Source: Candidatus Yonathbacteria bacterium RIFCSPLOWO2_01_FULL_47_33b (GTDB lineage Bacteria; Patescibacteriota; Minisyncoccia; Phycocordibacterales; UBA1550). Taken from it: 64,000 bases of DNA. Of the stretch, positions 35,331 through 45,311 are shown one piece after another. The position numbers and the translations under genes were made by a program. Numbering within the stretch: the first letter of the stretch is position 1; each line of letters opens with the position of its first letter. The stretch covers positions 12,909 through 76,908 of the forward strand of contig MHUW01000001.1 in assembly GCA_001823575.1 (NCBI GenBank), given 5' to 3'. Under the pieces are notes generated by a model. It worked only from the letters and a program-made list of their open reading frames with translations. It was not told where the DNA came from and ran no database searches.

Positions 35331-36692
35331 ATGAGCACAATGAAACTTGGATTTTACGGCGCGGCAGGGGAGGTGACAGGTTCGAATCACATGCTCGAGG
35401 GTGCGGGTGCAAAGATCTTGATCGACTGTGGCTTCTTTCAGGGGGTGAAGGTCTGCGATGATAAAAATAATAACCCTTTTGCTTATGACCCCAAGACCGT
35501 CGATGCTTTGTTTGTAACCCACGCACACCTCGACCATATCGGCCGTATTCCAAAGCTCATCAACGAAGGATTTAAAGGCAAGATTTATTCTACACCACCC
35601 ACGCGCCAGATCGCACAACTTATGCTCGAAGACACCGTCCGTGTCATTGACCGAGAAGCAAAGGCAGACAATCACGAACCGCTCTACCACAAAGATGCCG
35701 TCGAACGTGCCATGGCGCAATGGGAAACATTGCCATACGAAAAAGATGTGGTCATTGGTGAACTCCATATCCGTTTCCGTGATGCAGGACATATTCTTGG
35801 TTCAGCGATGCTGGAGGTGGAGCACAATGGCAAAAAGCTTGTATACTCAGGAGATTTGGGGAACTCACCGTCACCCCTCATTGAAGACACGGCAATCCTT
35901 TCAGGTATCGATTATTTGATCATGGAGGCGGTCTACGGCGACCGTTTACACGAGGAAAAAAATGAGCGCACGCAACTTCTCGAGAAAGTGATTGAGGATA
36001 CGGTCAACAGTGGCGGTGTCCTTATGATTCCTGCATTTTCTATCGAACGTACCCAGGATCTCCTTTTTGAGTTGAATGGTCTGATTGAAGGGAAGCGTGT
36101 TCCCGAAATACCTGTTTTTGTTGATTCGCCACTCGCCATTAAAGTTACAGAAGTTTTCCGTGGTAGTCAGGAATATTTCAACAAGGAAACAACCGACGCC
36201 ATTAAAGGGGGAGACGATATTTTTAAGTTCCCCAAGCTACGCTTTACGTTGAACGCTGAAGACTCAATTGCCATTAAAGACGTACCAGCGCCCAAGATTA
36301 TCATTGCAGGGTCGGGTATGTCGAATGGCGGGCGCATCATGCATCATGAAAGACTCTACCTTTCGGACCCCAAGAACACCCTGCTTATTATTGGATACCA
36401 GGCAGTTGGCACGATGGGCCGTGCCCTACAAGAGGGTATTAAAACGGTGCGCATCTTTGATGAAGATATCCCTGTGCGTGCAAAGATTGTGACTATTCAA
36501 GGATATTCGGCACACAAAGACATGAACGCACTCATTGAGTTTGTGACAGTGCTGCAGGACTCAGTAAAAAAAGTTTTTGTCGTTCATGCCGAACCGGGAG
36601 CAGCACTCTTCTTTGCGCAGCGTTTACGCGACTACCTCGCGGTCGACGCACGCATACCAAAAGAGGGGGAGGTGATAGAGATAGATTTTTAA
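35331..36692 (+). CDS. MBL-fold beta-CASP ribonuclease (CPSF/RNase J-like RNA-processing enzyme)
   Basis: HAHLDHIG motif 2. beta-CASP motifs (D..., HxH: SAHKD). C-terminal RNA-specificity region. 453 aa. Confidence 0.7.
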   Translation: MSTMKLGFYGAAGEVTGSNHMLEGAGAKILIDCGFFQGVKVCDDKNNNPFAYDPKTVDALFVTHAHLDHIGRIPKLINEGFKGKIYSTPPTRQIAQLMLEDTVRVIDREAKADNHEPLYHKDAVERAMAQWETLPYEKDVVIGELHIRFRDAGHILGSAMLEVEHNGKKLVYSGDLGNSPSPLIEDTAILSGIDYLIMEAVYGDRLHEEKNERTQLLEKVIEDTVNSGGVLMIPAFSIERTQDLLFELNGLIEGKRVPEIPVFVDSPLAIKVTEVFRGSQEYFNKETTDAIKGGDDIFKFPKLRFTLNAEDSIAIKDVPAPKIIIAGSGMSNGGRIMHHERLYLSDPKNTLLIIGYQAVGTMGRALQEGIKTVRIFDEDIPVRAKIVTIQGYSAHKDMNALIEFVTVLQDSVKKVFVVHAEPGAALFFAQRLRDYLAVDARIPKEGEVIEIDF

Positions 36693-36723
36693 CGAACAGA
36701 ACGATTAATTACAGAAATACCGT

Positions 36724-37374
36724 ATGGGAAATGACAAACATCAACATTTTAAAGTAAAGATCTGCATCTCGGGGGCCGCAGACACCACCCACTGTGGCGA
36801 CGGAGCCCTTGAGCAAGCAAAGGAGCTTGGTCGCGAAGTTGTGCGCCAGGGCGGCATCTTGGTTTCTGGCGCTACAACAGGATTCCCTTTGTGGGCAGCC
36901 ATGGGGGCAAAAGAAGAAGGAGGTATCTCTATCGGCCTTTCCCCTGCATCAAGCGAAAAGGAGCATGTGGAAGTCTATAAACTCCCCCTTGATTACCTTG
37001 ATATCATTATTTACACAGGGTTTGGGTACTCGGGACGCAACCTCCTTCTTACGCGCGCATCAGACGCGGTAATTGTCGGGTGTGGCCGTATTGGCACGGT
37101 GAATGAGTTTACGATTGCCTTTGAAGACCACAAGCCAATTGGTGTGCTCCGCGGACCTTGGGAGATGGACGAAGTCTTTGAAAATATGCTCGACAAGAGT
37201 CATCGCAAAGGCGAGGGCGTTGTTATTTTTGAAGAAAACCCCAAGCAGATAGTCGCGAGACTTATTGAGACGGTCCAGCGTACAAAAACATGCGACCTTG
37301 GTGAATCATGCCCCGCGTATGTGTACGAAAATTATGACGATGTTGGGGGGAAGGGAGGGGAGCGGGTGATGTAG
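36724..37374 (+). CDS. TIGR00725/LOG-like Rossmann-fold nucleotide-binding protein
   Basis: ICISGAADTTHCG...GGILVSGATTG...GFGYSGRNLLLTRASDAVIVGCGRIGT matches the SLOG/LOG family pattern. Confidence 0.55.
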   Translation: MGNDKHQHFKVKICISGAADTTHCGDGALEQAKELGREVVRQGGILVSGATTGFPLWAAMGAKEEGGISIGLSPASSEKEHVEVYKLPLDYLDIIIYTGFGYSGRNLLLTRASDAVIVGCGRIGTVNEFTIAFEDHKPIGVLRGPWEMDEVFENMLDKSHRKGEGVVIFEENPKQIVARLIETVQRTKTCDLGESCPAYVYENYDDVGGKGGERVM

Positions 37375-37481
37375 TTGGCCACTAGTTATTAGCGAATAGC
37401 CGTTAGGGGAATGAAAGTAGGGAGTAACCTTTTGGTTACTCCCTACTTTTTATTATTGGCTCGTGGCCAACTAACTAATCC

Positions 37482-37829
37482 CTATCCCTTTACTTCATTT
37501 ACTACGTTTGCAAACGTTTCAGGGTTCTTCTCGGCAAGAAGGGCAAGAATCTTGCGGTCAAGAATAACATTGTTCTTCTTGAGAGCGTTGATAAACTTAG
37601 AATAAGAGAAGCCAAGCGGGCGGAGTGCGGCATTCATCTTTACGGTCCAAAGGCGGCGGAAGACGTTCTTCTTGTCGCGGCGGTGTGCAAATGCGTGATT
37701 ACCAGCGTGTGCAATAGCAACACCCGCTTCGATTTCTTTCTTGCTTCGTCCAAAGCGGTATCCCTTGACCTGCGCCAAGACATTGCGGCGGCGTTTTGCT
37801 GATGTTGTTCCTCGTTTTACTCGTGTCAT
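37482..37829 (-). CDS. rplT: 50S ribosomal protein L20
   Basis: MTRVKRGTTSAKRRRNVLAQVKGYRFG... matches L20. Confidence 0.9.
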   Translation of the reverse strand: MTRVKRGTTSAKRRRNVLAQVKGYRFGRSKKEIEAGVAIAHAGNHAFAHRRDKKNVFRRLWTVKMNAALRPLGFSYSKFINALKKNNVILDRKILALLAEKNPETFANVVNEVKG

Positions 37830-37833
37830 AGTA

Positions 37834-38025
37834 TTATTTCAAAAGTCCTGGTAAAAAACGCTGTGCTTCCTTGGAGGTCATTGCAAACTCGCCAAGGCGC
37901 TTGCCGGCGAGCTGTTTCGAGCGGGAAGCCTTCGCATTAAAGTGGTTCTGGCCTGGCTTGCGACCAAGAATCTTGCCTGTCTTGGTTACTTTAAGCCGTT
38001 TCGTAAATGATTTGTTCGTTTTCAT
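37834..38025 (-). CDS. rpmI: 50S ribosomal protein L35
   Basis: MKTNKSFTKRLKVTKTGKILGRKPGQNHFNAK matches L35. Confidence 0.85.
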   Translation of the reverse strand: MKTNKSFTKRLKVTKTGKILGRKPGQNHFNAKASRSKQLAGKRLGEFAMTSKEAQRFLPGLLK

Positions 38026-38198
38026 GTGGTTGATTTTTAGGGAGCAAGGCGACCATAAAAATCACCATCCAGCCCCACTTTTACATTCCTGCACCTTACT
38101 ACAGTTTAGGATTATTTACAAGTCGTTTATTTAAAGATGAAAACCGATAAAAGTGGGGCTGGATAAGAAAATCATAGTCGCTGCGCTTCTTGATTTTC

Positions 38199-38717
38199 TT
38201 ATTTTTTTGCCGCTCGCTCGAGAATGATGGTGAGCCCCTTGGGGCTTTTGACCGGTTCTCCTGCTATCTTGTATTCCTCACTGATGAGAGTGAGTACTCT
38301 ACCTAAGCGCTCTTTCTTAAAGTCCATTTCTGCGTATTTTGACCGTCCTACGAGAAAGAGATTGATCTTTACGCGATGACCCTCCTTGAGCCACTTGGAA
38401 GCGTTTTTCGCTTTGAGTTCCAAGTCGTGCTCTGAGGTTCCGATCTTTACTTGCAGCGATTTTGTTTCAGTAACATGAGCACGAGACTTTGCTTCCTTAA
38501 GCTTTTTGCTCTGCTGGTACTGAAACTTACCATAATCCATGATTTTCGCAACTGGCGGTTCAGCGTTTGGAGAGATTTCGATAAGATCGAGACCGAGCTC
38601 CTGCGCCTTGGCGAGTGCTTCCGAGAGCGAAAGGACACCATAGTTTTCGCCCGTATCCGTGAGGACACGGAGTTCTTTTGCGCGAATTTGATGGTTGATT
38701 TTCGTCTTAGGATTCAA
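38199..38717 (-). CDS. infC: Translation initiation factor IF-3
   Basis: INHQIRAKELRVLTDTGENYGVLSLSEALAKAQELGLDLIEISPNAEPPVAKIMDYGKFQY matches IF-3. Confidence 0.9.
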   Translation of the reverse strand: MNPKTKINHQIRAKELRVLTDTGENYGVLSLSEALAKAQELGLDLIEISPNAEPPVAKIMDYGKFQYQQSKKLKEAKSRAHVTETKSLQVKIGTSEHDLELKAKNASKWLKEGHRVKINLFLVGRSKYAEMDFKKERLGRVLTLISEEYKIAGEPVKSPKGLTIILERAAKK

Positions 38718-38820
38718 AGGATATAAGGTGAATTAAACCACCGCAAGGTATATTGCGGAGTCCTAGGGATTGTAAGGTATTTTGGGGTAAAAGTCAATCA
38801 TTTTAAGGGGTTAGGGGCTG

Positions 38821-38858
38821 GGTGCGAAAAAGCCGCTCGAAAGCGGCTTTTTCGCACC
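38821..38858. terminator. Perfect 38-bp palindromic bidirectional terminator
   Basis: ggtgcgaaaaagccgctcgaaagcggctttttcgcacc. Confidence 0.7.
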
Positions 38859-38869
38859 AAAAGAGGATT

Positions 38870-39217
38870 TTATTTCTTGTTGATCTGCTGCCAGAGCCAT
38901 ACTCCAGCAAGGATACCAACAACGATCCAAACGAGCCCGCCGGCTACCATAAATACGTGGGCACCCCCGCCGTATCCGTAGCCCATCATTCCGTATCGCT
39001 CAAACCCTCCATTCGAAAAACATGCACTTGCGAGGGTTGGGGTCATTACGGCAAGTCCGATAACTATACTAAAAATTGTTTTCATGGTTAATCTTACAAA
39101 TTTACGTTTCGTGCCGACCTTTCCTATAGTATACACCCAGAAAAAATAAAGGTACCCCCAGGGCAAAGTCCTGGGGGTATTAAAGGAGCTATCTTCGCTC
39201 GCACATTCACGCGGCAA
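38870..39217 (-). CDS. Small Gly-rich membrane protein
   Basis: MKTIFSIVIGLAVMTPTLASACFSNGGFERYGMMGYGYGGG...; two TM helices. Confidence 0.5.
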   Translation of the reverse strand: MPRECASEDSSFNTPRTLPWGYLYFFWVYTIGKVGTKRKFVRLTMKTIFSIVIGLAVMTPTLASACFSNGGFERYGMMGYGYGGGAHVFMVAGGLVWIVVGILAGVWLWQQINKK

Positions 39218-39237
39218 AGTCGCGTGGTGTTTACCTA

Positions 39238-39304
39238 TATTAGCTCCTCGGCTCTGAAATAAGAAAGAGTACTTTCTTATTTCACTCGCTCTACGTCGCT
39301 AATA
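39238..39304 (-). ncRNA. Conserved structured leader RNA element, copy 2 (upstream of the 38870..39217 gene)
   Basis: Reverse complement: UAUUAGCGACGUAGAGCGAGUGAAAUAAGAAAG-UACU-CUUUCUUAUUUCAGAGCCGAGGAGCUAAUA. The hairpin has 12 bp versus 11 bp in copy 1, with compensatory indels. Confidence 0.45.
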
Positions 39305-40202
39305 AAAAGACCACAGAATTTTCCGTGGGCTCGGGTATGCGGTTGCTTAACGCATGGATTTATATGGCGGTAAGGAGCAGTCCCTCGTGCATTGTGGGCG
39401 GCCTTGCTTCTTTGTGCTTGGTGTGTAAAAGGGGCCGGTTCGCATACTGCAGGGCAAGGTGCTGATTTATTTCTGCCCACGTACTCTCCTCAGAGAGTCC
39501 CAGGTAGCGTGCCTTATTCTTGCGGTTATTTTCGTTAAAATTAAGATGACTTTCTTGATTACTCAATTTCTACTCCTTTTTTGTACAAAAGAACAAGAAC
39601 AGAGATTAACACGGTTGTTGATTTTTGGCAACAATGCAAGAAAAAAGCGGGATATTGTCCCGCTTTTGATGTTTGCGATTAAAGGTCTGCGCCTATTACG
39701 TCTCTGCCGTTTTTTATGGCGAGATTTTTTGCACCTTCGTTATCAATATAGTGCATAATAAGTTCATCGTCGGTCGGTTCGCGACCAAATGCCTCTCTTG
39801 CTACGCGCCTATTGAAATCACTAAAGATTTCGCTCATTTGTTCTTCGTGGTGTTTTTGAAACTCGGGGTCTTGTGGACCCTGCGATTGATTGCCCATAAC
39901 AGTCTCCTTGATAGTGAGATTATTTTGAACAGCTCCAGCCGTGGTACAACTGCATAAAAGTATATTCCTCTCATTTAAAAAGTTCAAGGGTCCCCATTCT
40001 TCGCTTAGAATTTTGGTGTGGTAAAAAAGAAAAAGTCGCACGAGCGGATCGTGCGACTTTAAATGTTGATGCTAGATAGTCTCGACCGGGATGGTTTTCT
40101 TTTTGTACCACCTCGTAAGTCCTGTTGTGCGATCGTGAAGAATTTCTTTCCATAGTTCCCCAAACCGTAAACCGTGTCCAAAGTTCCAGGCATAGGTTGG
40201 TT

Positions 40203-40592
40203 CTACGCCAGAGCCACCCCTCCTCTCTGAGCATACTTCCATACGCTCCCGAGGAAACCCAGGTCAAATGCGGTGCGTATAATAAACGGACGTGAGGGGT
40301 TTCGGTATGGCGGTGGTGTCACTTTGGTAACAACTAGAGAAATCACCCGCTCTTTTCCTTGAACAATGATTGGAAGCGTCACCTTTTCAAACACTGAAGG
40401 AACGGAGTCGAGTTTGTAAAAAGTCCTCATGCCAGCGTTTACTACGAGGGTTGAGACCTTCCTTTTAATCATTCGGCCTCCTCGAAGTATTCGCCTCCAA
40501 AGGGGCAAGCCTGCTTCTTTGGGTGTTACTAGTTCAAAATTTTCCTCTTCGATAATTAAAGGGATAAGTATGAGTGCCTGTATTTGCGCCAT
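40203..40592 (-). CDS. Hypothetical protein
   Basis: ORF only; no recognisable motif. Neighbouring minus-strand small ORFs (39679..40041) are equally uncharacterised. Confidence 0.25.
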   Translation of the reverse strand: MAQIQALILIPLIIEEENFELVTPKEAGLPLWRRILRGGRMIKRKVSTLVVNAGMRTFYKLDSVPSVFEKVTLPIIVQGKERVISLVVTKVTPPPYRNPSRPFIIRTAFDLGFLGSVWKYAQRGGVALA

Positions 40593-40850
40593 CGGGGGCC
40601 TCCTGTTGACATATCTGTTGTAACGTTCAAGAATTTCTCCCCGAAGACTAGCATAATTATGTGATAATGCAACAAAAAAGCCGCCAGCGGAAGTGCTGGC
40701 GGCGATAAGGTTTTTATTTCACAATTTTAAGAGCAGAGTTCTTCCCGGAGTGTGTACGATTGAGTCCCGCTAGAATATTAGACACGGTATCAAGGCGCGC
40801 AGAACTAAAAGCAATTTCAGGACGGTTCAGGACAAGAAGCGAATCATATT

Positions 40851-41531
40851 TTGGTAGGGGAGAGCATTGCACTTAAGAAGTCTGGAGTGAATCATTCTTG
40901 TGTGGACGTGAAAAAAACTTCTTCTGAGAAGTTCACGGGCCACGCCGGAGCTTCTCAGAAAACGCTTTTTACAAAACTTCATTCACAGGATTCCGACCAA
41001 TCACTTCGCGAGGAAGCAGTAACACTCAACAACCCTGTAGTTCGCAAAAATGTTAACTGCAAGCTCGTTGGATCACGCATTAGAAACAACACCGAGCGTC
41101 TTATTGCTCGTGCGGAATGTATTCGCACCCATTACGGCAGTATGATTGTCGATGCCCTTGAGGCGGAAGGAAATTTATTTTCCGGGCTAGAAATTCTAGC
41201 CATTATGCTTCAAGAATCACAAGGTGACCCTCGCGCAGTTTCAACTGCACGGGTGCCCTGTCTTGGTCTTATGCAATTGCAGCCACCCACGGCACGGCAA
41301 TATGGTGTTAGGAACATCTTTGACCCCCGCAAAAATATTTTTGGCGGCGTCCGGGTGTTTACTGACTATGTATACCGCTATGGCAAGGGTAACAAGTCGT
41401 ATGGCCTTGCCGCATACAATATGGGACCGGAAGGCTTGCGTAAGTCCAGACTCAATCCGGAACATCTTGTCTATGTTCGCGAAGTGAAAGCGATATTACA
41501 CACTCTGGAGGATCGTCAATTCACGCTCTAG
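40851..41531 (+). CDS. Lytic transglycosylase (SLT domain) protein; start uncertain
   Basis: LEILAIMLQESQGDPRAVSTARVPCLGLMQLQPPTARQYG matches the SLT catalytic motif (E-S-x-G...GLMQ). Confidence 0.55.
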   Translation: MVGESIALKKSGVNHSCVDVKKTSSEKFTGHAGASQKTLFTKLHSQDSDQSLREEAVTLNNPVVRKNVNCKLVGSRIRNNTERLIARAECIRTHYGSMIVDALEAEGNLFSGLEILAIMLQESQGDPRAVSTARVPCLGLMQLQPPTARQYGVRNIFDPRKNIFGGVRVFTDYVYRYGKGNKSYGLAAYNMGPEGLRKSRLNPEHLVYVREVKAILHTLEDRQFTL

Positions 41532-41716
41532 GTTTATTACCCCGCACCACCTCAAGCATGTGCATTACCCTCAAAACAAGAACAAGTTTTTAGTAAATCC
41601 CCCTAACGTATGATCAGGAGGATTTTTGTTTACGGCGAGGCGTGTACAAATATCGATGTTTTATGCTAGGGTTGTTTCAGTAGTTCACTTCACTCATTAT
41701 TTCTGAGGAGAAACTC

Positions 41717-42109
41717 ATGAAAGCAATAGGGTCGTTTATGCGAGAACTCAGCGCATCTTCAGGGAAGTTTCATCCACACTTGCATTACGATGAGAGCATG
41801 GGTTGCTTGCAGGTTCTTTTGCGTAATTGCGATATACGCGAAGTGGAGGTTTCAAGGTCTTTTGATGTGCTCAAAAATAATCACCCCCAAAACAAGAAAG
41901 GGAACATTGCAGGATTTATTCTGTGGGGAGCGCGTGGGATGCTTTATGATCAAGGGTATACAAAGTCCAGTATTTCACTGGAGCATCTCATCAAACGGTT
42001 TGAGCGCCACAATAATCTGCCACACAACACGAGTGTGTTCGGAAGGTATGATGAGTACGTTCTGCGTATCGCACGCAAGCACCAGTTTGTGTGGCATATT
42101 TCGGAATAA
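41717..42109 (+). CDS. Hypothetical protein (130 aa)
   Basis: ORF with a downstream hairpin terminator (42128..42160). No recognised domain. Confidence 0.4.
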   Translation: MKAIGSFMRELSASSGKFHPHLHYDESMGCLQVLLRNCDIREVEVSRSFDVLKNNHPQNKKGNIAGFILWGARGMLYDQGYTKSSISLEHLIKRFERHNNLPHNTSVFGRYDEYVLRIARKHQFVWHISE

Positions 42110-42192
42110 AATTTGTTTTAAACCCCCACAGCAGTACGCTGTGGGGGTTTGTTTTGTTGATTTAGGTTGAAAAATATGGCATTATTTAAGAA

Positions 42193-42597
42193 ATGTCTGA
42201 AAATAAATTCCAAAAACTTCTTGAGGAAAGAAAAACAGATTATGGAACATGGGTCCCAGTTTTTTGCCCAGCACTAAGAGAGTATGTATATTTCAATGCT
42301 CAAGGATTTAATCATTTACGTTTTAAAATAGATAATACTCCACGCAATCCAAAAGAAGCAATGTATAAACTTGGACTACTCCCCCTTGTTAGGTCGGTTA
42401 TCCATCTAGCCGTAAGGGTTGATAAATACGAAAGAAGATTGTCACCAATGGGAGGAAGTAGAAAAAAAGTTTACAAAGAAATTGAATATTGGGGTCTTAT
42501 TGAGGTTGTAGGGAAGCAGGATGTAAAAATAAGGGTTGTTTTAAGGAAAATAGTTAATAGTGACAGAATTCATTTCTGGAGTGTCATGAAAGGATAA
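42193..42597 (+). CDS. Hypothetical protein (134 aa)
   Basis: ORF followed by the terminator 42603..42630. No recognised domain. Confidence 0.4.
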   Translation: MSENKFQKLLEERKTDYGTWVPVFCPALREYVYFNAQGFNHLRFKIDNTPRNPKEAMYKLGLLPLVRSVIHLAVRVDKYERRLSPMGGSRKKVYKEIEYWGLIEVVGKQDVKIRVVLRKIVNSDRIHFWSVMKG

Positions 42598-42812
42598 CAA
42601 CAAAAAACCCATCAAATGATGGGTTTTTTGTTGTGCCTGCCTCGGCTTTGGAATTCCTTATCCGAAATAGGCTTTCGCCCACAGGCACACTTATATTATA
42701 CACAAATCTATAACATAAGTGCAACTACGGGTTGCTATCAATCTCTGAATTTACACAATAACATATTTTATTAGCAAGTCAAGTTATTAGCTAATTCTGC
42801 TAAGTATTTATC

Positions 42813-43283
42813 GGTCACGAGTTATTAGGTGTTCTCGGGTGAGTTAACGTCGCGCTTCAATGGACACTGTGCGACGCGATTTTGCAAAATCGCCTGAGAG
42901 CACCAAGTACTCTCGACCCCGACTCGACTCCCTCGCAAAAGCCTTGGGATGTCTCCGGCTTTCGATTCCCCACGCGAGGTTCATCGGTCACGAATCACTA
43001 ACCGAATTCGCCGAGTACGACTCATTCGCTAAGTGTTCGCTACCCCGCCTCAGCGACCTAGTGAGTACACTAGGTACCCGCTTCCGGCTTTCGATTCCCC
43101 CCATTTCGCACAATCGCAAAACCGCCAAACTCTTTCAGAGTTGGGCGGTGCGACTTGTGGAAGTGGTCTCGGTCACGAGTTACTAAGTCTGCTCGGGTGA
43201 GTACATCCTGCGCGGACTAAGTACTCTCGACCCCAGCTCGTGGTTTTTGATTACAAAAACATCACTGCGCCTTTCGATTCCCC
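42813..43283. repeat. Cluster of diverged direct repeats (three repeat families, two to three copies each), including tmRNA-3'-end-like TTCGATTCCCC(CC) segments
   Basis: ggtcacgagtta(t/c)ta(g/a)gt..ctcgggtgagt x2. gtactctcgacccc x2. c(g/c)(g/t)ctttcgattcccc x3. The middle copy shares TTCGATTCCCCCCAT with the ssrA 3' end. Confidence 0.7.
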
Positions 43284-43523
43284 CACGTAAAGCGCGCAGG
43301 CGCTTTACTCATCTCCATAAACAAAAACCCCGCTTTCGCGGGGATTGTTTTGTTTGTGGACACCCTTGAAGGAGTATGGAACCAGGCAGAAAGCTATATT
43401 CTACGATCATACGACCTCATCAAAGACCTTGGAATGCTCGATTTCGCCAAGGAAATGCAACAGTTAAATACCACATAAGGGAAATAGAACCAGTAAACAT
43501 AAAAACAGCAATTGGTGCTCGTT

Positions 43524-44021
43524 TTAGGATTCTACGCTGAACGTCAAACCTTCTTTTTCAAAGAATGTTGCGAGGTCACAACATTCTACGGAATGCTCTT
43601 TGCATAAGGCAGGTATTTTAGGTTTCAAGTGATTGCCGTCAGGTTTTTCATAAGTTACAACTACGTATTTGTTAATTTTTGCGACTGCTACAACAAAAGT
43701 GTCGGCACTATAAACTTTTGCGCCTTTATATTCCGAAAGGAGTGGATATTTGTTCACCATAACCGAGACAAGCTCAATTTGTTCCTGGGTGATAGGCACT
43801 ACGCATGATTTGTATTGTTTGAACCAAGAAACAAGGTCGTCTGTCCCCACGCCTATTTCTTTAGGAACTTCTTCAGCTACAACAATCAATCCTTGTTTCA
43901 TCATTTCTCCTATGTGGTCCCATAATCCTGAGAACGACTTTGGTCTATAATGACGTCGCCAACCATTCAAGAAAGCGGAAGTATCGAAGCAGTATATTAT
44001 TCTAGAGGTTTTGTCGGACAT
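43524..44021 (-). CDS. DUF4411-like PIN-fold protein (partner of ImmA/IrrE)
   Basis: IYCFDTSAFLNGWRRHYRPKSF...LIVVAEEV matches the N-terminal PIN-like acidic motif pattern of DUF4411. Located immediately downstream of an ImmA-family gene. Confidence 0.5.
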   Translation of the reverse strand: MSDKTSRIIYCFDTSAFLNGWRRHYRPKSFSGLWDHIGEMMKQGLIVVAEEVPKEIGVGTDDLVSWFKQYKSCVVPITQEQIELVSVMVNKYPLLSEYKGAKVYSADTFVVAVAKINKYVVVTYEKPDGNHLKPKIPALCKEHSVECCDLATFFEKEGLTFSVES

Positions 44022-44030
44022 ATTAAAGTA

Positions 44031-45191
44031 TTAGACGTTGGTTTCAATTGCAGAAATATGCTTTGAAGTAGTTCCAAGAAAACTTGATACATCAGTAAGG
44101 GTTATACGGCTCTCGTTCATTGAGCGAAGTACAAGGGAGGTGAAGGCCCTCCCGTTTTTACTAATTATTTTTCTGTATTGGGGAACTACAACGTTCTTCT
44201 TAGTACGTTTTTTGTACTCCTCAAAGCTTTTCATAAGTTCGTTCCTTCTTTGTTCATATTTTTTTTCACTTAGCACACCAATTTGAACAAGGCGACGGTA
44301 TATAACTTCTTGGCTTACTTGGTACACTCTTGCGAGAGATTTAATATCTTCAGCAAGCCAGTTTTCAAATGGTATTTTACTCATGCGCATGACTATGTCG
44401 TTTGACTTAAACCCCGATACTGGAACAAGCACAGAAGCTGCAAATTGGTTACAGAATTTCTCTACTTTTGTGTATTCATAGGAATTTCTTGAAAAATTAT
44501 CTGGAGTGCATACACCCGACTGATGAAGGAGAATATGGCCTATTTCATGAAATAGTGAGAATATGCGCCTATTTTCATGTTCAGCGGAGTTAAGCATTAT
44601 TATGTAAGGCTTCTCATCTGCAAGACAAAATGCACTAACATCATCTTTTTGGAGGCTCTGCTGTAATACAAAAATGCCAAGTCTTTCAACGGCGTCTTTC
44701 CATCCACGTAAAGTGAGTGCTGGGGTTGACCATTTTTTCTTTTCCGCGGGTGACACAGACAAGAGTGATAAGAAATCTGTAGCAGCCTTTTCGAGGTCAT
44801 CACCAAGTCCAACACTTTTAAATGCGTATTTTATTTCACCATCTTGTAGGTCTTGAACAATTGACTGAGCGTAGCGTGCTTTTCTTACAGCTGTCATTAC
44901 TTCGTGAGAAAATTCACTAGTTTCCGACGCATATACAATTCGAAAATCTTTCGGGATCATTGCGTCCTGAGGAGCTTTTTGTAAAAGAAAATAAACAAGG
45001 GGCATCTTATAAACTTCGCTCATCTTCCTTATTTTCCCTAGAGTGATAGAAGTTTTTTCTTCCTCAAGTTTTCTTAATCTCTCCTCCTCTATTTTTAGTT
45101 TTTTTGAGGCATCCTCAATACTGTAGCCAGAAAGGTATCTCGCGTATTTTAGAATTGAAGGCTCAATCTGAATTTCGATAGAACGGACCAT
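44031..45191 (-). CDS. XRE-HTH + ImmA/IrrE family zinc metallopeptidase
   Basis: HTH near the N-terminus. HEIGHILLH (HExxH) in the C-terminal domain. COG2856-like. Confidence 0.65.
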   Translation of the reverse strand: MVRSIEIQIEPSILKYARYLSGYSIEDASKKLKIEEERLRKLEEEKTSITLGKIRKMSEVYKMPLVYFLLQKAPQDAMIPKDFRIVYASETSEFSHEVMTAVRKARYAQSIVQDLQDGEIKYAFKSVGLGDDLEKAATDFLSLLSVSPAEKKKWSTPALTLRGWKDAVERLGIFVLQQSLQKDDVSAFCLADEKPYIIMLNSAEHENRRIFSLFHEIGHILLHQSGVCTPDNFSRNSYEYTKVEKFCNQFAASVLVPVSGFKSNDIVMRMSKIPFENWLAEDIKSLARVYQVSQEVIYRRLVQIGVLSEKKYEQRRNELMKSFEEYKKRTKKNVVVPQYRKIISKNGRAFTSLVLRSMNESRITLTDVSSFLGTTSKHISAIETNV

Positions 45192-45311
45192 ATGAAAATT
45201 ATATCAGGTTTCGTATTTTTTATATACAAGATACTGAATAGTATGTACACAGGATTTACTGTTTTTATGGCAAAAGAAGCCCTCTTTTTAGAAGCCCGAA
45301 TAGGATCCGGA

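Noticed and set aside
39100-39200. RNase P RNA-like GGGCAAAGUCC segment near 39160
   Set aside because: Only a short hairpin (CCCCAGG-GCAAAGU-CCUGGGG) is present. None of the other conserved RNase P regions (P4, GGAAAGUCCGGGCUCC context) could be found nearby.
42860-43186. 108-aa ORF in the ORF track
   Set aside because: It runs straight through the repeat block (the RLSIP repeats are translations of the DNA repeats), has no RBS and no homology. It is probably spurious.
42813-43283. Possible CRISPR array suggested by repeated ctttcgattcccc and gtactctcgacccc units
   Set aside because: Repeat spacing is irregular (127 and 184 bp) and the units are short (13-30 bp) and diverged. There is no adjacent cas gene. 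They are better explained as decayed att or tRNA/tmRNA-like fragments.
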